NCBI GenBank assembly: GCA_005223075.1
Contig: NJBO01000002.1
Location: 113,221-177,220 of the forward strand
Source: a candidate division TA06 bacterium B3_TA06
Lineage (GTDB): Bacteria > Hydrothermota > Tepidihabitantia > B3-TA06
DNA length: 64,000 bases
Direction: 5' to 3'
Under the pieces are notes generated by a model. The model saw only the letters and a program-made list of their open reading frames with translations, was not told the origin of the DNA and did no database searches. Position numbers and translations under genes: made by a program. The number at the start of each line of letters is the position of its first letter. Positions within the stretch are counted from its first letter, which is position 1. Of this stretch, positions 48,786 to 57,909 are shown in pieces.

Positions 48786-49615
48786 GAAGGGGTAGGAAGC
48801 GAACGTTTTTTGCCCGCCTCGGCCGCGGGTTGGGCGATCTTTTGGCTAAATACAATCGCCGCAACGGCCCGCTTCTGGCCAAGGGTTTGGGATTCAGCTT
48901 CCTTTTCGGGTTGATCCCGTTGCTTTTTCTCTCTGTATCCCTTGCCGGTTACCTTTACCGTGTGGCCCCGGGTCTACAGCGTTTCATCACCGAGGAGTTC
49001 CTGGCCTTCATACCAACTCAGGCGCGATCGGTGCTTCTTTCACACATAACCACCGCTTCAGGTAACTGGGGCGCTATCGGGATATTGGGTATTTTAATCC
49101 TCCTGGGTATCTCGGTGGCGCTGTTCGACTCGATCGAGCGTGCTCTTGCCACGATGCTTTCGGCCCCACGACGCAAATTCCACTTCGGCAGGCTCATATC
49201 CCTTGCTCTTATGGTTGGTGCAGTGCTTTGCTTCTTCGGTGCTGCGGCACTTTCTACAACCGCAACCTACTTCCGCAACGCCATCTCGTTTTCACCTGCT
49301 CTTGTCTACTGGGGCGGTAAGGTACTCTCCGGCTTGATGTTCGCGTTCATACTCCTTGGTCTTTACTATCTCTTTGCACGCAGGCGTCTTCGCTTCTGGC
49401 CTACCCTGGGCATAGCGATTGGAGCCTCGCTGGCATGGCAGATTATAGTATCGTTGGGCTCGGGTTTGATCCGTTACGCAGGCCGCCGGGTTATAGTCTT
49501 CGGTGCATTGGCCTGGGTTACGGTGTTCTTGATCTATTTGCGGGTGCTTGCCGAGCTTTTATTGTTCTCAAGCCTTCTGGTGAGCCGCGCATCACCACCG
49601 CAGGAAACAGAATAG
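48782..49615 (+). CDS. YihY/BrkB-family inner-membrane protein
   Basis: LAKGLGFSFLFGLIPLLFL... and about six TM helices, typical family layout. ATGA overlap with the upstream gene. Confidence 0.75.
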   Translation: MRRGRKRTFFARLGRGLGDLLAKYNRRNGPLLAKGLGFSFLFGLIPLLFLSVSLAGYLYRVAPGLQRFITEEFLAFIPTQARSVLLSHITTASGNWGAIGILGILILLGISVALFDSIERALATMLSAPRRKFHFGRLISLALMVGAVLCFFGAAALSTTATYFRNAISFSPALVYWGGKVLSGLMFAFILLGLYYLFARRRLRFWPTLGIAIGASLAWQIIVSLGSGLIRYAGRRVIVFGALAWVTVFLIYLRVLAELLLFSSLLVSRASPPQETE

Positions 49616-49825
49616 CATAACTCCTCTCGCTTTCCAAGGTGTTGCACTTCATTATTGAACTCACGAATACAAAATTTAAAATTGGTAACGGAGTTCCCGC
49701 CCTTTGCATTTTACAATTTGATATTTGCATTTTGAATTTTGCACTCGGGGCTTTGCCCCGCTCGTCCTTGACATAACCCATCTTCCGGATAGTATTTTTC
49801 CTGTAGCTATCCCAAAGGAGGTAAA

Positions 49826-51529
49826 ATGTCGATACTTTTGCTTTCCGCGATCCTTTTCTCCCAGGCTGGCGACACCACCCAGCCGGTTTTGACCTGGGAG
49901 CCACAGATGCCAGGGTGGGGAGATACGGTGACCATCCTCTATCACCACACTGCACCCCAGGCCCAATTTAAAGGGTTGACCCCTTTGTGGATTAAATTCA
50001 CTGAAGGCGGACGGTACGAGTGGAAAACCCGGAAGATGGAACGTGAAGGTGGAATCTCCACCGTCGGATTTGCGGTGCCCGAGTCGGTATTAACCATAAC
50101 CGTAGGAGTGCACACCGTCGAAACCATAGACTGGCAGGCCTATAAAAGTATACCGGTAGCAGCCCCTGAAGGATGGTTCTCAATTGCAGAAAAGCTGGCG
50201 GAACTCAGAAGTCTCTTTCTTGCCATAGACATGGGACGTATCAGCAAAGAAGAGGCCCAAAGAGTGCTGGACAGCCTTCGGGCAAATCCTCAAGATGATC
50301 CCGGCTACCGTTCGATATGTCTCTATGGCTTTCTTAAGCTGGATGAACCGGATTCTGCCTGGGCTATACTCCAATATATGCAAAAAAAGGATGCGGGAAC
50401 CCCTCAATACAGTAGTGCTCTTTCCTCCTTTGCCTACGAGCTATCCAGCGGGAAGGTAGATCTGTCCACCCAAAAGAAGGATAGGCTTAATCACTGGATA
50501 GACCAAGAGCTTTTAGAAAGCGGTTCCTTTTCCACATCCTTGCTCAGCTTTGCCGCTTCACGCTGGGGAAAGGACAGCACCCATCTATCCGCAGGAGAGC
50601 AGGGGAAGATACTTCAGAAGTTTATAGAAAACAACCCTTACGACCTTTACGTCAGGGATATGTTGGTCGGTTACTATCTCCGGGCGGGCGACACCGCCGC
50701 GGCGAAAGAGGAAATTGCTAAAACGCTCCAATTGAACTTAAGCAACGCCCCCCAGAAGGAAGGCGAATACTTTCACACTAAATCCAGTGATCGGATACTT
50801 TCCTCTCTGATGCTCGAGCAGGGCAGATTGCATGCCGCTCAGGGAGGGTTTGACGAGGCGTTGGCGGATTTCAGTTTTGTGATACTCCTGAAGGATGACA
50901 ACGAGGGTGCGGCCTACTTTGAGCGTGCCAAGGTATGGCAGAGGCTTGAGCGTTATAGAAGGGCCGAGGGTTCGTTTGTCAAAGCACTCAAAGCAGGGTA
51001 TGCTCATGCAGAACCGGCACTTAAAGGCATCTACCTTCTCAACCACGGCAAGGAAGGCTACGACGAGTACCTTACCGAGAAGTTGAAGCCCTCAGAGGAT
51101 GAAGAACTAAGGATGACCAAGGATTTCGGTTTTGCCGATCTTGAGGGTAATCCGGGACGGTTCTTCGACTACCGCGGCAAGATCGTGGTCGTAAACTACT
51201 GGGGACTGGGCTGTGGGCCGTGCAAGAGGGAGATACCGTGGCTCAACGAGCTGGTTGAAGAGTATACAGGCACCGATGTCGAGTTCCTTGCCTTCTCCTT
51301 TGACAAAGCCGAGGCACAGAAGGACTACTTCAAAGACCATCCGTTCGAATATACCAACCTCATCCAGGATGGTCCAGGGATCTTCCAATCCATAGGCCTT
51401 GGTTCCTCTCCCCTGCCCTGGCATGCAGTCGTTGATCCCGAGGGTCGGGTCCGGTTTACACGCATCGGCGGCCGTGAGGACAACTCCGACATGAAGCTAA
51501 TAATCGACCAGCTTCTGCGCGAACAATAA
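49826..51529 (+). CDS. Secreted TPR-containing protein with C-terminal TlpA/ResA-like thioredoxin domain (CGPC)
   Basis: Signal peptide and TPR-like helices. GKIVVVNYWGLGCGPCKREIPWLNEL lies in the last ~150 aa. AAGGAGG-N6-ATG start. Confidence 0.8.
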   Translation: MSILLLSAILFSQAGDTTQPVLTWEPQMPGWGDTVTILYHHTAPQAQFKGLTPLWIKFTEGGRYEWKTRKMEREGGISTVGFAVPESVLTITVGVHTVETIDWQAYKSIPVAAPEGWFSIAEKLAELRSLFLAIDMGRISKEEAQRVLDSLRANPQDDPGYRSICLYGFLKLDEPDSAWAILQYMQKKDAGTPQYSSALSSFAYELSSGKVDLSTQKKDRLNHWIDQELLESGSFSTSLLSFAASRWGKDSTHLSAGEQGKILQKFIENNPYDLYVRDMLVGYYLRAGDTAAAKEEIAKTLQLNLSNAPQKEGEYFHTKSSDRILSSLMLEQGRLHAAQGGFDEALADFSFVILLKDDNEGAAYFERAKVWQRLERYRRAEGSFVKALKAGYAHAEPALKGIYLLNHGKEGYDEYLTEKLKPSEDEELRMTKDFGFADLEGNPGRFFDYRGKIVVVNYWGLGCGPCKREIPWLNELVEEYTGTDVEFLAFSFDKAEAQKDYFKDHPFEYTNLIQDGPGIFQSIGLGSSPLPWHAVVDPEGRVRFTRIGGREDNSDMKLIIDQLLREQ

Positions 51530-51531
51530 AA

Positions 51532-51569
51532 CACCCCAAGGCGTCACTTCGTTACGCCTTGGGGACCCC
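51532..51569. repeat. Palindromic module Y
   Basis: CACCCCAAGGCGTCACTTCGTTACGCCTTGGGGACCCC, immediately 3' of the preceding gene. Confidence 0.8.
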
Positions 51570-51664
51570 GAGGAGGGATTTACACGGAAGGATGACCGAG
51601 TAAAGGATAGAAAGGCGGCCCGGAACTCCGGGCCGCCCTGTCAAAATGCCTCCTCGGAGAAAAA

Positions 51665-52093
51665 CTAGGGCGAGTGCCTGGCCGGAAGCTCTTCCCAGGC
51701 TTTCTCGGTCTTCTCCTGGGCGCCCTGCGCCTTCCAGTAGAGGTTTATCCAGCGTACCCCACTAACGCGGCTCGTCTTGTCCCACAACTCACGTGTCTCC
51801 TCTATCTGCTTGCGTAGTCTCTTGACATCGTTCACGTAGGGTGATTTTCCGTCTTCGGAAGTAGTCTTCACGAACTCATCAAGCTCCGCCTCCATTACGT
51901 CAAGCTTCTTTGTGAAGTAGTTATTCACCGGATCGCGCATCTCGTTTACGGTTCGCTTAAGGCCTTGAATTGAAAGAATGGTAAAGACGTTTATGAACCC
52001 GGATACGATCAGAAGTCCAAAAAGCACCCATCCGATAATCGTTGTAGAGTCGGGTTGCCTTTGCTTGACCTCTTTTTGCCTCGTCCGAGCCAT
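51665..52093 (-). CDS. Membrane-anchored coiled-coil protein, unknown function
   Basis: 142-aa ORF 2 nt downstream of the OmpA-family gene. One TM (IIGWVLFGLLIVSGFINVFTIL). Confidence 0.5.
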   Translation of the reverse strand: MARTRQKEVKQRQPDSTTIIGWVLFGLLIVSGFINVFTILSIQGLKRTVNEMRDPVNNYFTKKLDVMEAELDEFVKTTSEDGKSPYVNDVKRLRKQIEETRELWDKTSRVSGVRWINLYWKAQGAQEKTEKAWEELPARHSP

Positions 52094-52095
52094 GC

Positions 52096-54033
52096 CTACA
52101 TCTCGCCAAGTATAACGAACTCCACACGACGGTTGAGTTCGCGTCCCGACTCGCTGGTATTGGATGCGATGGGCATCGTCTCGCCATATCCGCGTGGAAC
52201 CAGCCGACGCGGATCTATCTGATGGGTCATCACGAAGTAGTTGACCACCGAGGCCGCGCGAGCCTCTGAAAGCTTCTGGTTGTATGCATCGGAGCCGACG
52301 CTGTCGGTGTGTCCCTGAATCTCAACACGTATGGATGGATTCTCCTTGAGGATCTTGGCCGCCTCATCGAGCACCACATAGCTCTGAGGCTTGATCGTGG
52401 ATTTGTTGAAATCGAAGTAGATGCCGCGAAGGGTGAAGGTCATACCTTTCTTGACCAGCTTGAACTCCTTCTCAGTAACCTCGTCCTCACTGATCACCAG
52501 AGGGGAAGGTTGTTCGATGTATCCTTCGGCTGAAACGATGATAGCGTAGGTTCCTGCAGGGATCTCCGCCTTGAACACGCCCGTAGTGGCATCCGCCTGG
52601 ACCGGTGGGATATCGGTATCAGGAAAGCGTACCACACCGGCTAAGAGTTCCTCGGTCTTGCGGTCCTTGATCTGACCTATGAACTGTCCTACAACCTTGG
52701 TGGTCTTAAGCATAACATCCAGATTAGATGTGCGGTTGACGTCAATCTGAACCGTGTTGATTGCAGGCACGAACTCCGCTGCCGTAACCTCGACTGAGGC
52801 CACACCCGTGGGCACCGAGTCCAGACGGTAGAATCCGTTGGCGTCTGTTTTGACAGGTGGACGCTCAATCCCTTTGAGCGCAACCTGGGCATCCGAAAGC
52901 GGTCGGCCGGTCTTCGCGTCCTTGACCACCCCGGTAATCGAACCGTAGGTCTGCCTGGGCATAAGCAGTATATCCTGGGTGGTGGTCTCGTCCTCCTTGA
53001 CCACCATGGGGATACTTGTCTCCCGGTAGCCTTCTGCCCGGGCTACAATGGTAATCACTCCCACAGGAACATTCTCAAACTGGAATACACCTGTAGCCGG
53101 ATTGGTATTAACCTCAGGGATCTTAATGGAGGTATCGGCGAAGGATACCCGGGCGGCAATCGGTTGCTCCGTGACGGCGTCACGTACGGCACCGGCGATC
53201 ACCCCCACGGGCACAGGTGCGGGACGAAGGAAGGGTGATACGAAGTTTATCCCTAAGATGCCCTGGAAGGTGGGGGCGTTACCGAAGGCGATGTCCAGAC
53301 CCAGATCAAGCCCTACACCGAAGGGGAAGGTGAATTTGATCCCCGGAGTGACGCGAAGCGCGTTTTGGTTGAAGTCAAAGAGTGCGTCCAGTCCCTGTAC
53401 CGTTGTCGCTTCTAGCGTGACCGCGTACGTCTTGGCAGGGAGCTCAAGCCCCACCCCCAGAGCAAGTGAATCCTCGACGTTGGTGCCGGTGCTGGTAAGG
53501 TATCCGACATTGAAAACCAGGTTAAAGGGAGCGGAGATCGAGACGTCTGCGAAATCAAAACCCAAAAGCAGGCCGCCGCCGTAGCCGAAGCCCGGATTTA
53601 CCGTATCAGCAGGATCATGTAGAAGTTCGAACTCCTCACTGAGGGTATTAATAGAACCCAGACCCATGAGGCCAAACTTGAACACAGGAACGGCCAGAAC
53701 ACTTGCCTTAAGTCCGAAGCGGGTGTCGTAGAAACCTGCCCGGGTGTTGGTAAAACCAAAGTCCTCGGACCAACCCGCGTAGGTAGGCGAGACCCAGAAC
53801 CCCATCCAGTCCAGAGGAGCGTAGGTCACCCCGCCGTGCAAGGCTAACTGGTACCAGGAGGTATCGCCAACCTCCTGATTCTGTATTGTGTTGTGCAGGG
53901 AAAGGGAAAGCATCCCATAGCCGTCTGTTTTTGTATCGATCACCCTGTAAAATCCCCGGCTCCCCCCTATCGCAGGGAACCCCGCGGCAATCCCAACCAC
54001 TAAAAGCACCGCAACCAAACTACGTTTGAGCAT
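52096..54033 (-). CDS. OmpA-family outer-membrane protein: N-terminal barrel + carboxypeptidase-regulatory-like domains + OmpA_C
   Basis: Signal peptide. Repeated G.(V/I).D..T..P(L/I)..A.V modules. C-terminus is FDFNKSTI...IQGHTDSVGSDAYNQKLSEARA...NRRVEFVI. Confidence 0.88.
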   Translation of the reverse strand: MLKRSLVAVLLVVGIAAGFPAIGGSRGFYRVIDTKTDGYGMLSLSLHNTIQNQEVGDTSWYQLALHGGVTYAPLDWMGFWVSPTYAGWSEDFGFTNTRAGFYDTRFGLKASVLAVPVFKFGLMGLGSINTLSEEFELLHDPADTVNPGFGYGGGLLLGFDFADVSISAPFNLVFNVGYLTSTGTNVEDSLALGVGLELPAKTYAVTLEATTVQGLDALFDFNQNALRVTPGIKFTFPFGVGLDLGLDIAFGNAPTFQGILGINFVSPFLRPAPVPVGVIAGAVRDAVTEQPIAARVSFADTSIKIPEVNTNPATGVFQFENVPVGVITIVARAEGYRETSIPMVVKEDETTTQDILLMPRQTYGSITGVVKDAKTGRPLSDAQVALKGIERPPVKTDANGFYRLDSVPTGVASVEVTAAEFVPAINTVQIDVNRTSNLDVMLKTTKVVGQFIGQIKDRKTEELLAGVVRFPDTDIPPVQADATTGVFKAEIPAGTYAIIVSAEGYIEQPSPLVISEDEVTEKEFKLVKKGMTFTLRGIYFDFNKSTIKPQSYVVLDEAAKILKENPSIRVEIQGHTDSVGSDAYNQKLSEARAASVVNYFVMTHQIDPRRLVPRGYGETMPIASNTSESGRELNRRVEFVILGEM

Positions 54034-54099
54034 GACGTCTCCTTATTTTTTTATACTCCATTTTAAGGAAAAGGGGCGCGGTGTCAAGAACTGTATCGC

Positions 54100-54528
54100 G
54101 TGATTGCTGTCGTGAAGGCATGGGGCTTCAAAGCAACTATATGGAAGGATGTTTACACCTCTACCCTATCCGTCACTGAGGGTTGGTATTGGCTCTCGAT
54201 CTACGATGAAGGCTCGGTCCTGCTTGCTCAATCCGATTCCGTGTTTTGTGGAACCGATACTCTACCTCCTCTCCCTATAGCTGATTTTGGGGGAAGACCA
54301 ACTGCGGGTCCTGCCCCTTTAGCAGCCTGGTTTTATGATCCGTCAATCAGAAACACGATGAACGAATGGGATTTAGGGGACGGATACAAAACTTCTGAAT
54401 CCCCCGGGGGTGCCTTTCGTTATATTTACGAAACCGCTGGAATCTATACCGTTACCCTTATAGCTAGAAATGAGTACGGGGCCGATACGCAACCGGATAT
54501 GCCACCATCCACCTTGACAAAGGGGTAA
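54100..54528 (+). CDS. PKD-domain protein (no obvious signal peptide; GTG start uncertain)
   Basis: ADFGGRPTAGPAPLAAWFYD...WDLGDGYKTSE...YETAGIYTVTLIARNEYGADT is a PKD signature. Confidence 0.45.
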   Translation: MIAVVKAWGFKATIWKDVYTSTLSVTEGWYWLSIYDEGSVLLAQSDSVFCGTDTLPPLPIADFGGRPTAGPAPLAAWFYDPSIRNTMNEWDLGDGYKTSESPGGAFRYIYETAGIYTVTLIARNEYGADTQPDMPPSTLTKG

Positions 54529-54572
54529 TTTCTCGGTAAACTTTACTAAAGTCTAAGTCGAAAGGAGGCGAT

Positions 54573-56249
54573 ATGGGCAAAAAGATCGTGGTAGGGCTAT
54601 TAGGCTTAGCCCTGGCACTTTTTGCCGAGTTCAATCGTTCTTCCGTATTGATAGATGTCCCGACCGCCTATGTGCTGCGGCACAAGGTGATTCAAGGGAC
54701 GGCGGTTGGAGCGTTTGCTTTAAGCGCCTACGATTCTATACCCCCACCTTACGATTTCGATCTCTGTCTGGGCGCAGGGATAGGGAACTTCCTGGAGATA
54801 TCCCTCTCAGCCTACAGCCTTGAAAACTACTCTCTGGGCTTCACCGCCCTCTTGCTGCGGGAGAAGAAGTACTCCCCATCTGTGGCGATAGGGGTCCATG
54901 AGATAACATGGGTGCCGTACATCGGCTCCTTTGGAGGAGGCAACGAACTTAGTGCGGATCCTGGCTCCGGTAACCGGAATCCCGAGGATAAAATCATCGA
55001 CAAACCAGGATTTATCTACTGGGAACAGCAGGAGTGGTTCAGTGCATTCGCTGTGGTCTCAAAACAGTTCTGCAACTACTTCCGTATCCACGCAGGTCTT
55101 GGTCGAGGCCGCTACACGGGTTACGGACGCATCTCCCAGTACTTCAACACCGATATCTTCAACGAGAACGCGGTCTCCGAACTGGCGTTCGGGCTTTTTG
55201 GAGCAGTAGAGTTCAACTACCGTGATTGGTTTTCTGTAGCCGCAGAGTACGACGGAAGGGATGTGAACTTCGGCACCAAGGTGGGATTTAATCACTGGGA
55301 ACTCTATCTTGCAGTAACACGTCTTGAGAACCTCATTGACACCACTACCAGCTACTCACCCCGGTTGGTTGCCGGGCTGAATCTCTACACCTCGCCTTAC
55401 CATAAACTCCCCAAGGGAACGGAAATAGTAGGCAAGGCAGCCTACCCTGACGGTAATCCTGCGTCGGGTGCCGAGATCGAGGTCTTTAGCGATAACTACA
55501 CCCAGGAGACCACCGCTAACGAAAGAGGCCTCTACAAGATGCGTGCGGTGCCCGCCGGCATGGTGACGCTCGTCGCATCCCAAGAAGGATACCGCAGCAA
55601 ACCTAAGCTGCTGAAGGTTACCTTGGATTCTCCGACAAAGGCTGAGGACCTTGTTCTTAAGGACATCCGCAATAAAGGGACAATCCGCGGAACGGTAAAG
55701 GATGCGGAAGACGGCTCAGGCATCCTTGCAAACGTCTACGTAGTCGAAACGGGTGACGCGGTTCGTGCCGGTCCACGCGGCGGGAGCTACGAGATCGTGG
55801 GGCTTGAAGCGGGCAAGTACACCCTGCATGCACAAGCGCGAGGCTACTTCGATCACGAGATCACCTCCGAGGTAGGTGCCGGCTCCACTACTGAACTCGA
55901 CATCAACATGAGCAAGAACTGGATCATCTTCCACTTCAGACCGGGCGAGAAGCTGATCGAGCCGCGCTATGTGCCCGTACTTGAGGACGTCGTGCGCTTC
56001 CTTAATGACCGACCGAAGATGGTCGTCGAGATACAGGGACACACAGACAGCGTAGGTGATGCCAAGGCCAACAGAGAACTCTCACGCAAACGTGCGGAAG
56101 CGGTACGAGACTACCTAATCAAGAGGGGCATCAGCAAGAGAAGACTGGTAGTCAAGGGCTATGGAGAGCTTGCACCGATAGGAGATAACCGCACGATCCT
56201 GGGACGTGACATGAACCGCCGCGTGGAGCTGAAGGTCTTAAGCGAATAG
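54573..56249 (+). CDS. OmpA-family outer-membrane protein (paralogue of 52096-54033)
   Basis: Signal peptide, barrel-like N-terminus and CarboxypepD_reg-like modules. IQGHTDSVGDAKANRELSRKRA...NRRVELKV. AGGAGG-N4-ATG start. Confidence 0.88.
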   Translation: MGKKIVVGLLGLALALFAEFNRSSVLIDVPTAYVLRHKVIQGTAVGAFALSAYDSIPPPYDFDLCLGAGIGNFLEISLSAYSLENYSLGFTALLLREKKYSPSVAIGVHEITWVPYIGSFGGGNELSADPGSGNRNPEDKIIDKPGFIYWEQQEWFSAFAVVSKQFCNYFRIHAGLGRGRYTGYGRISQYFNTDIFNENAVSELAFGLFGAVEFNYRDWFSVAAEYDGRDVNFGTKVGFNHWELYLAVTRLENLIDTTTSYSPRLVAGLNLYTSPYHKLPKGTEIVGKAAYPDGNPASGAEIEVFSDNYTQETTANERGLYKMRAVPAGMVTLVASQEGYRSKPKLLKVTLDSPTKAEDLVLKDIRNKGTIRGTVKDAEDGSGILANVYVVETGDAVRAGPRGGSYEIVGLEAGKYTLHAQARGYFDHEITSEVGAGSTTELDINMSKNWIIFHFRPGEKLIEPRYVPVLEDVVRFLNDRPKMVVEIQGHTDSVGDAKANRELSRKRAEAVRDYLIKRGISKRRLVVKGYGELAPIGDNRTILGRDMNRRVELKVLSE

Positions 56250-56380
56250 GGAGAAGCGTTATAGGAGTTTTTAATCCCCGCCCCTTGCGGGCCGTCGAGA
56301 ACGGAGCCGAGCTGAACTCATGCTTCTCGATGGGAAAACAACAAAAAAATCTCAACCCTCTGTAGCTAGGAGGATGACCA

Positions 56381-57631
56381 ATGAGTGAAGAGCTGAATCC
56401 CTTCAAGATAGCACAGGCTCAATTCGATGAAGCAGCCGAGGTTCTCGGACTTGAGCCAGCGATGCGCGAGATTCTTCGCTGGCCGCGCCGTGAGTACTCC
56501 TTCACCATCTCTGTGAAGATGGATGACGGAACCACCGAGGTCTTCCACGGCTACCGCGTTCAGTATAACGATGCCCGCGGTCCTACAAAGGGCGGCATTC
56601 GCTGGCATCCTGCCGAAACCATGGATACCGTGCGCGCCCTTGCCGCATGGATGACCTGGAAGACCGCGGTCGTTGACATTCCCTTGGGCGGTGGTAAGGG
56701 CGGTGTTACCTGCAATCCCAAGGAGTTCTCCGAGGGCGAGAAGGAGCGTCTGGCCCGCGGATGGATGCGTGTGATTGCCCGTGAGCTAGGCGAACATCGC
56801 GACTCCCCGGCTCCTGACGTCTACACCAACCCACAGATCATGGCGTGGATGATGGATGAGTTCGAGAGCATCGTGGGCCGCAATCATCCTGCGGTGATCA
56901 CCGGCAAGCCCATCCCGATCGGCGGCTCCCAGGGACGCGGCGACGCTACCGCACGCGGCGGCATCTTCACACTCCGTGAAGCCTGCAAGATCCTTGGTGT
57001 TGATCCCAAGGGGACATACGCCATTCAGGGATTCGGCAATGCCGGTCAGTTCGCGGCGCTTCTGCATCCTGAGGTGCTTGGCGGCGGTAAGCTGGTTGCT
57101 GTTTCCGACTCCCGCGGCGGTATCTATGTAGAAGGCGGCATGGATCCCAAGGCCATCGTTAAGCACAAGCTTGAGACCGGGAAGGTAGGCGACTTCCCAG
57201 GATCCACCAAGATCACCAATGAGGAGCTTCTGGAGCTCGATGTGGATGTTCTCTATCCCGCCGCGCTGGAGAACGTGATAACCAAGGAGAACGCGCCGCG
57301 CATCAAGGCCAAGATCAGCTGCGAGCTGGCGAACGGACCTACCACTCCGGAAGCCGACGTTATCCTTCACGAAAAGGGTGTGCACGTGATCCCGGACTTT
57401 TTGGCCAACGCAGGCGGCGTGACCGTCTCCTACTTCGAGCAGGTTCAGGGCACCTACAACTACTACTGGCCACTGGAAGAGGTTCGCAAGCAGCTGGATG
57501 CCAAGATGACTGCGGCCTACCACGCGGTTTACAAGATGCATAAGGAGAAGAAGGTGCACATGCGTCTGGCCGCCTACCTGGTTTCTGTGGCGCGTGTGGC
57601 CGAGGCGGTCAAGCTCCGCGGCTGGGTATAA
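56381..57631 (+). CDS. gdhA: NAD(P)-specific glutamate dehydrogenase
   Basis: GPTKGGIRWHP, PLGGGKGG, and GFGNAG dinucleotide fold. Confidence 0.95.
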   Translation: MSEELNPFKIAQAQFDEAAEVLGLEPAMREILRWPRREYSFTISVKMDDGTTEVFHGYRVQYNDARGPTKGGIRWHPAETMDTVRALAAWMTWKTAVVDIPLGGGKGGVTCNPKEFSEGEKERLARGWMRVIARELGEHRDSPAPDVYTNPQIMAWMMDEFESIVGRNHPAVITGKPIPIGGSQGRGDATARGGIFTLREACKILGVDPKGTYAIQGFGNAGQFAALLHPEVLGGGKLVAVSDSRGGIYVEGGMDPKAIVKHKLETGKVGDFPGSTKITNEELLELDVDVLYPAALENVITKENAPRIKAKISCELANGPTTPEADVILHEKGVHVIPDFLANAGGVTVSYFEQVQGTYNYYWPLEEVRKQLDAKMTAAYHAVYKMHKEKKVHMRLAAYLVSVARVAEAVKLRGWV

Positions 57632-57636
57632 CAAAT

Positions 57637-57837
57637 CACCCCAACCGGTTACTTCGTAACCGGCCGGGGACCCCAAAAACTTATGCTCCTTTTTGCGTCT
57701 TAGGACGCAAAAAGATCGCAGAATTGAAAATGAAGGCCGACCTTAAGGTTGGCCTTACCTTTATTATCTCCGATCTTTTATCTTAGTGCACTACGTGTAC
57801 TAAGATCACAAGTATGCGTAAAGTACAAAAGGAGCAG
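57637..57837. repeat. Cluster of palindromic modules: Y (57637-57674), X (57683-57721), Z (57735-57754), expanded X inverted (57770-57837)
   Basis: Same conserved flanks as the other copies. Starts 6 nt after the gdhA stop. Confidence 0.85.
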
Positions 57838-57909
57838 GTCAACACTTGACACCCAATCGGAAGTTGTGTATAGTCAGACAAAATAATCATAACTTAGAAG
57901 GAGATCGAA

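Noticed and set aside
56786-57676. 296-aa ORF on the minus strand.
   Set aside because: It lies entirely antisense to gdhA, which has unambiguous signatures. This is a typical shadow ORF in GC-rich coding sequence.
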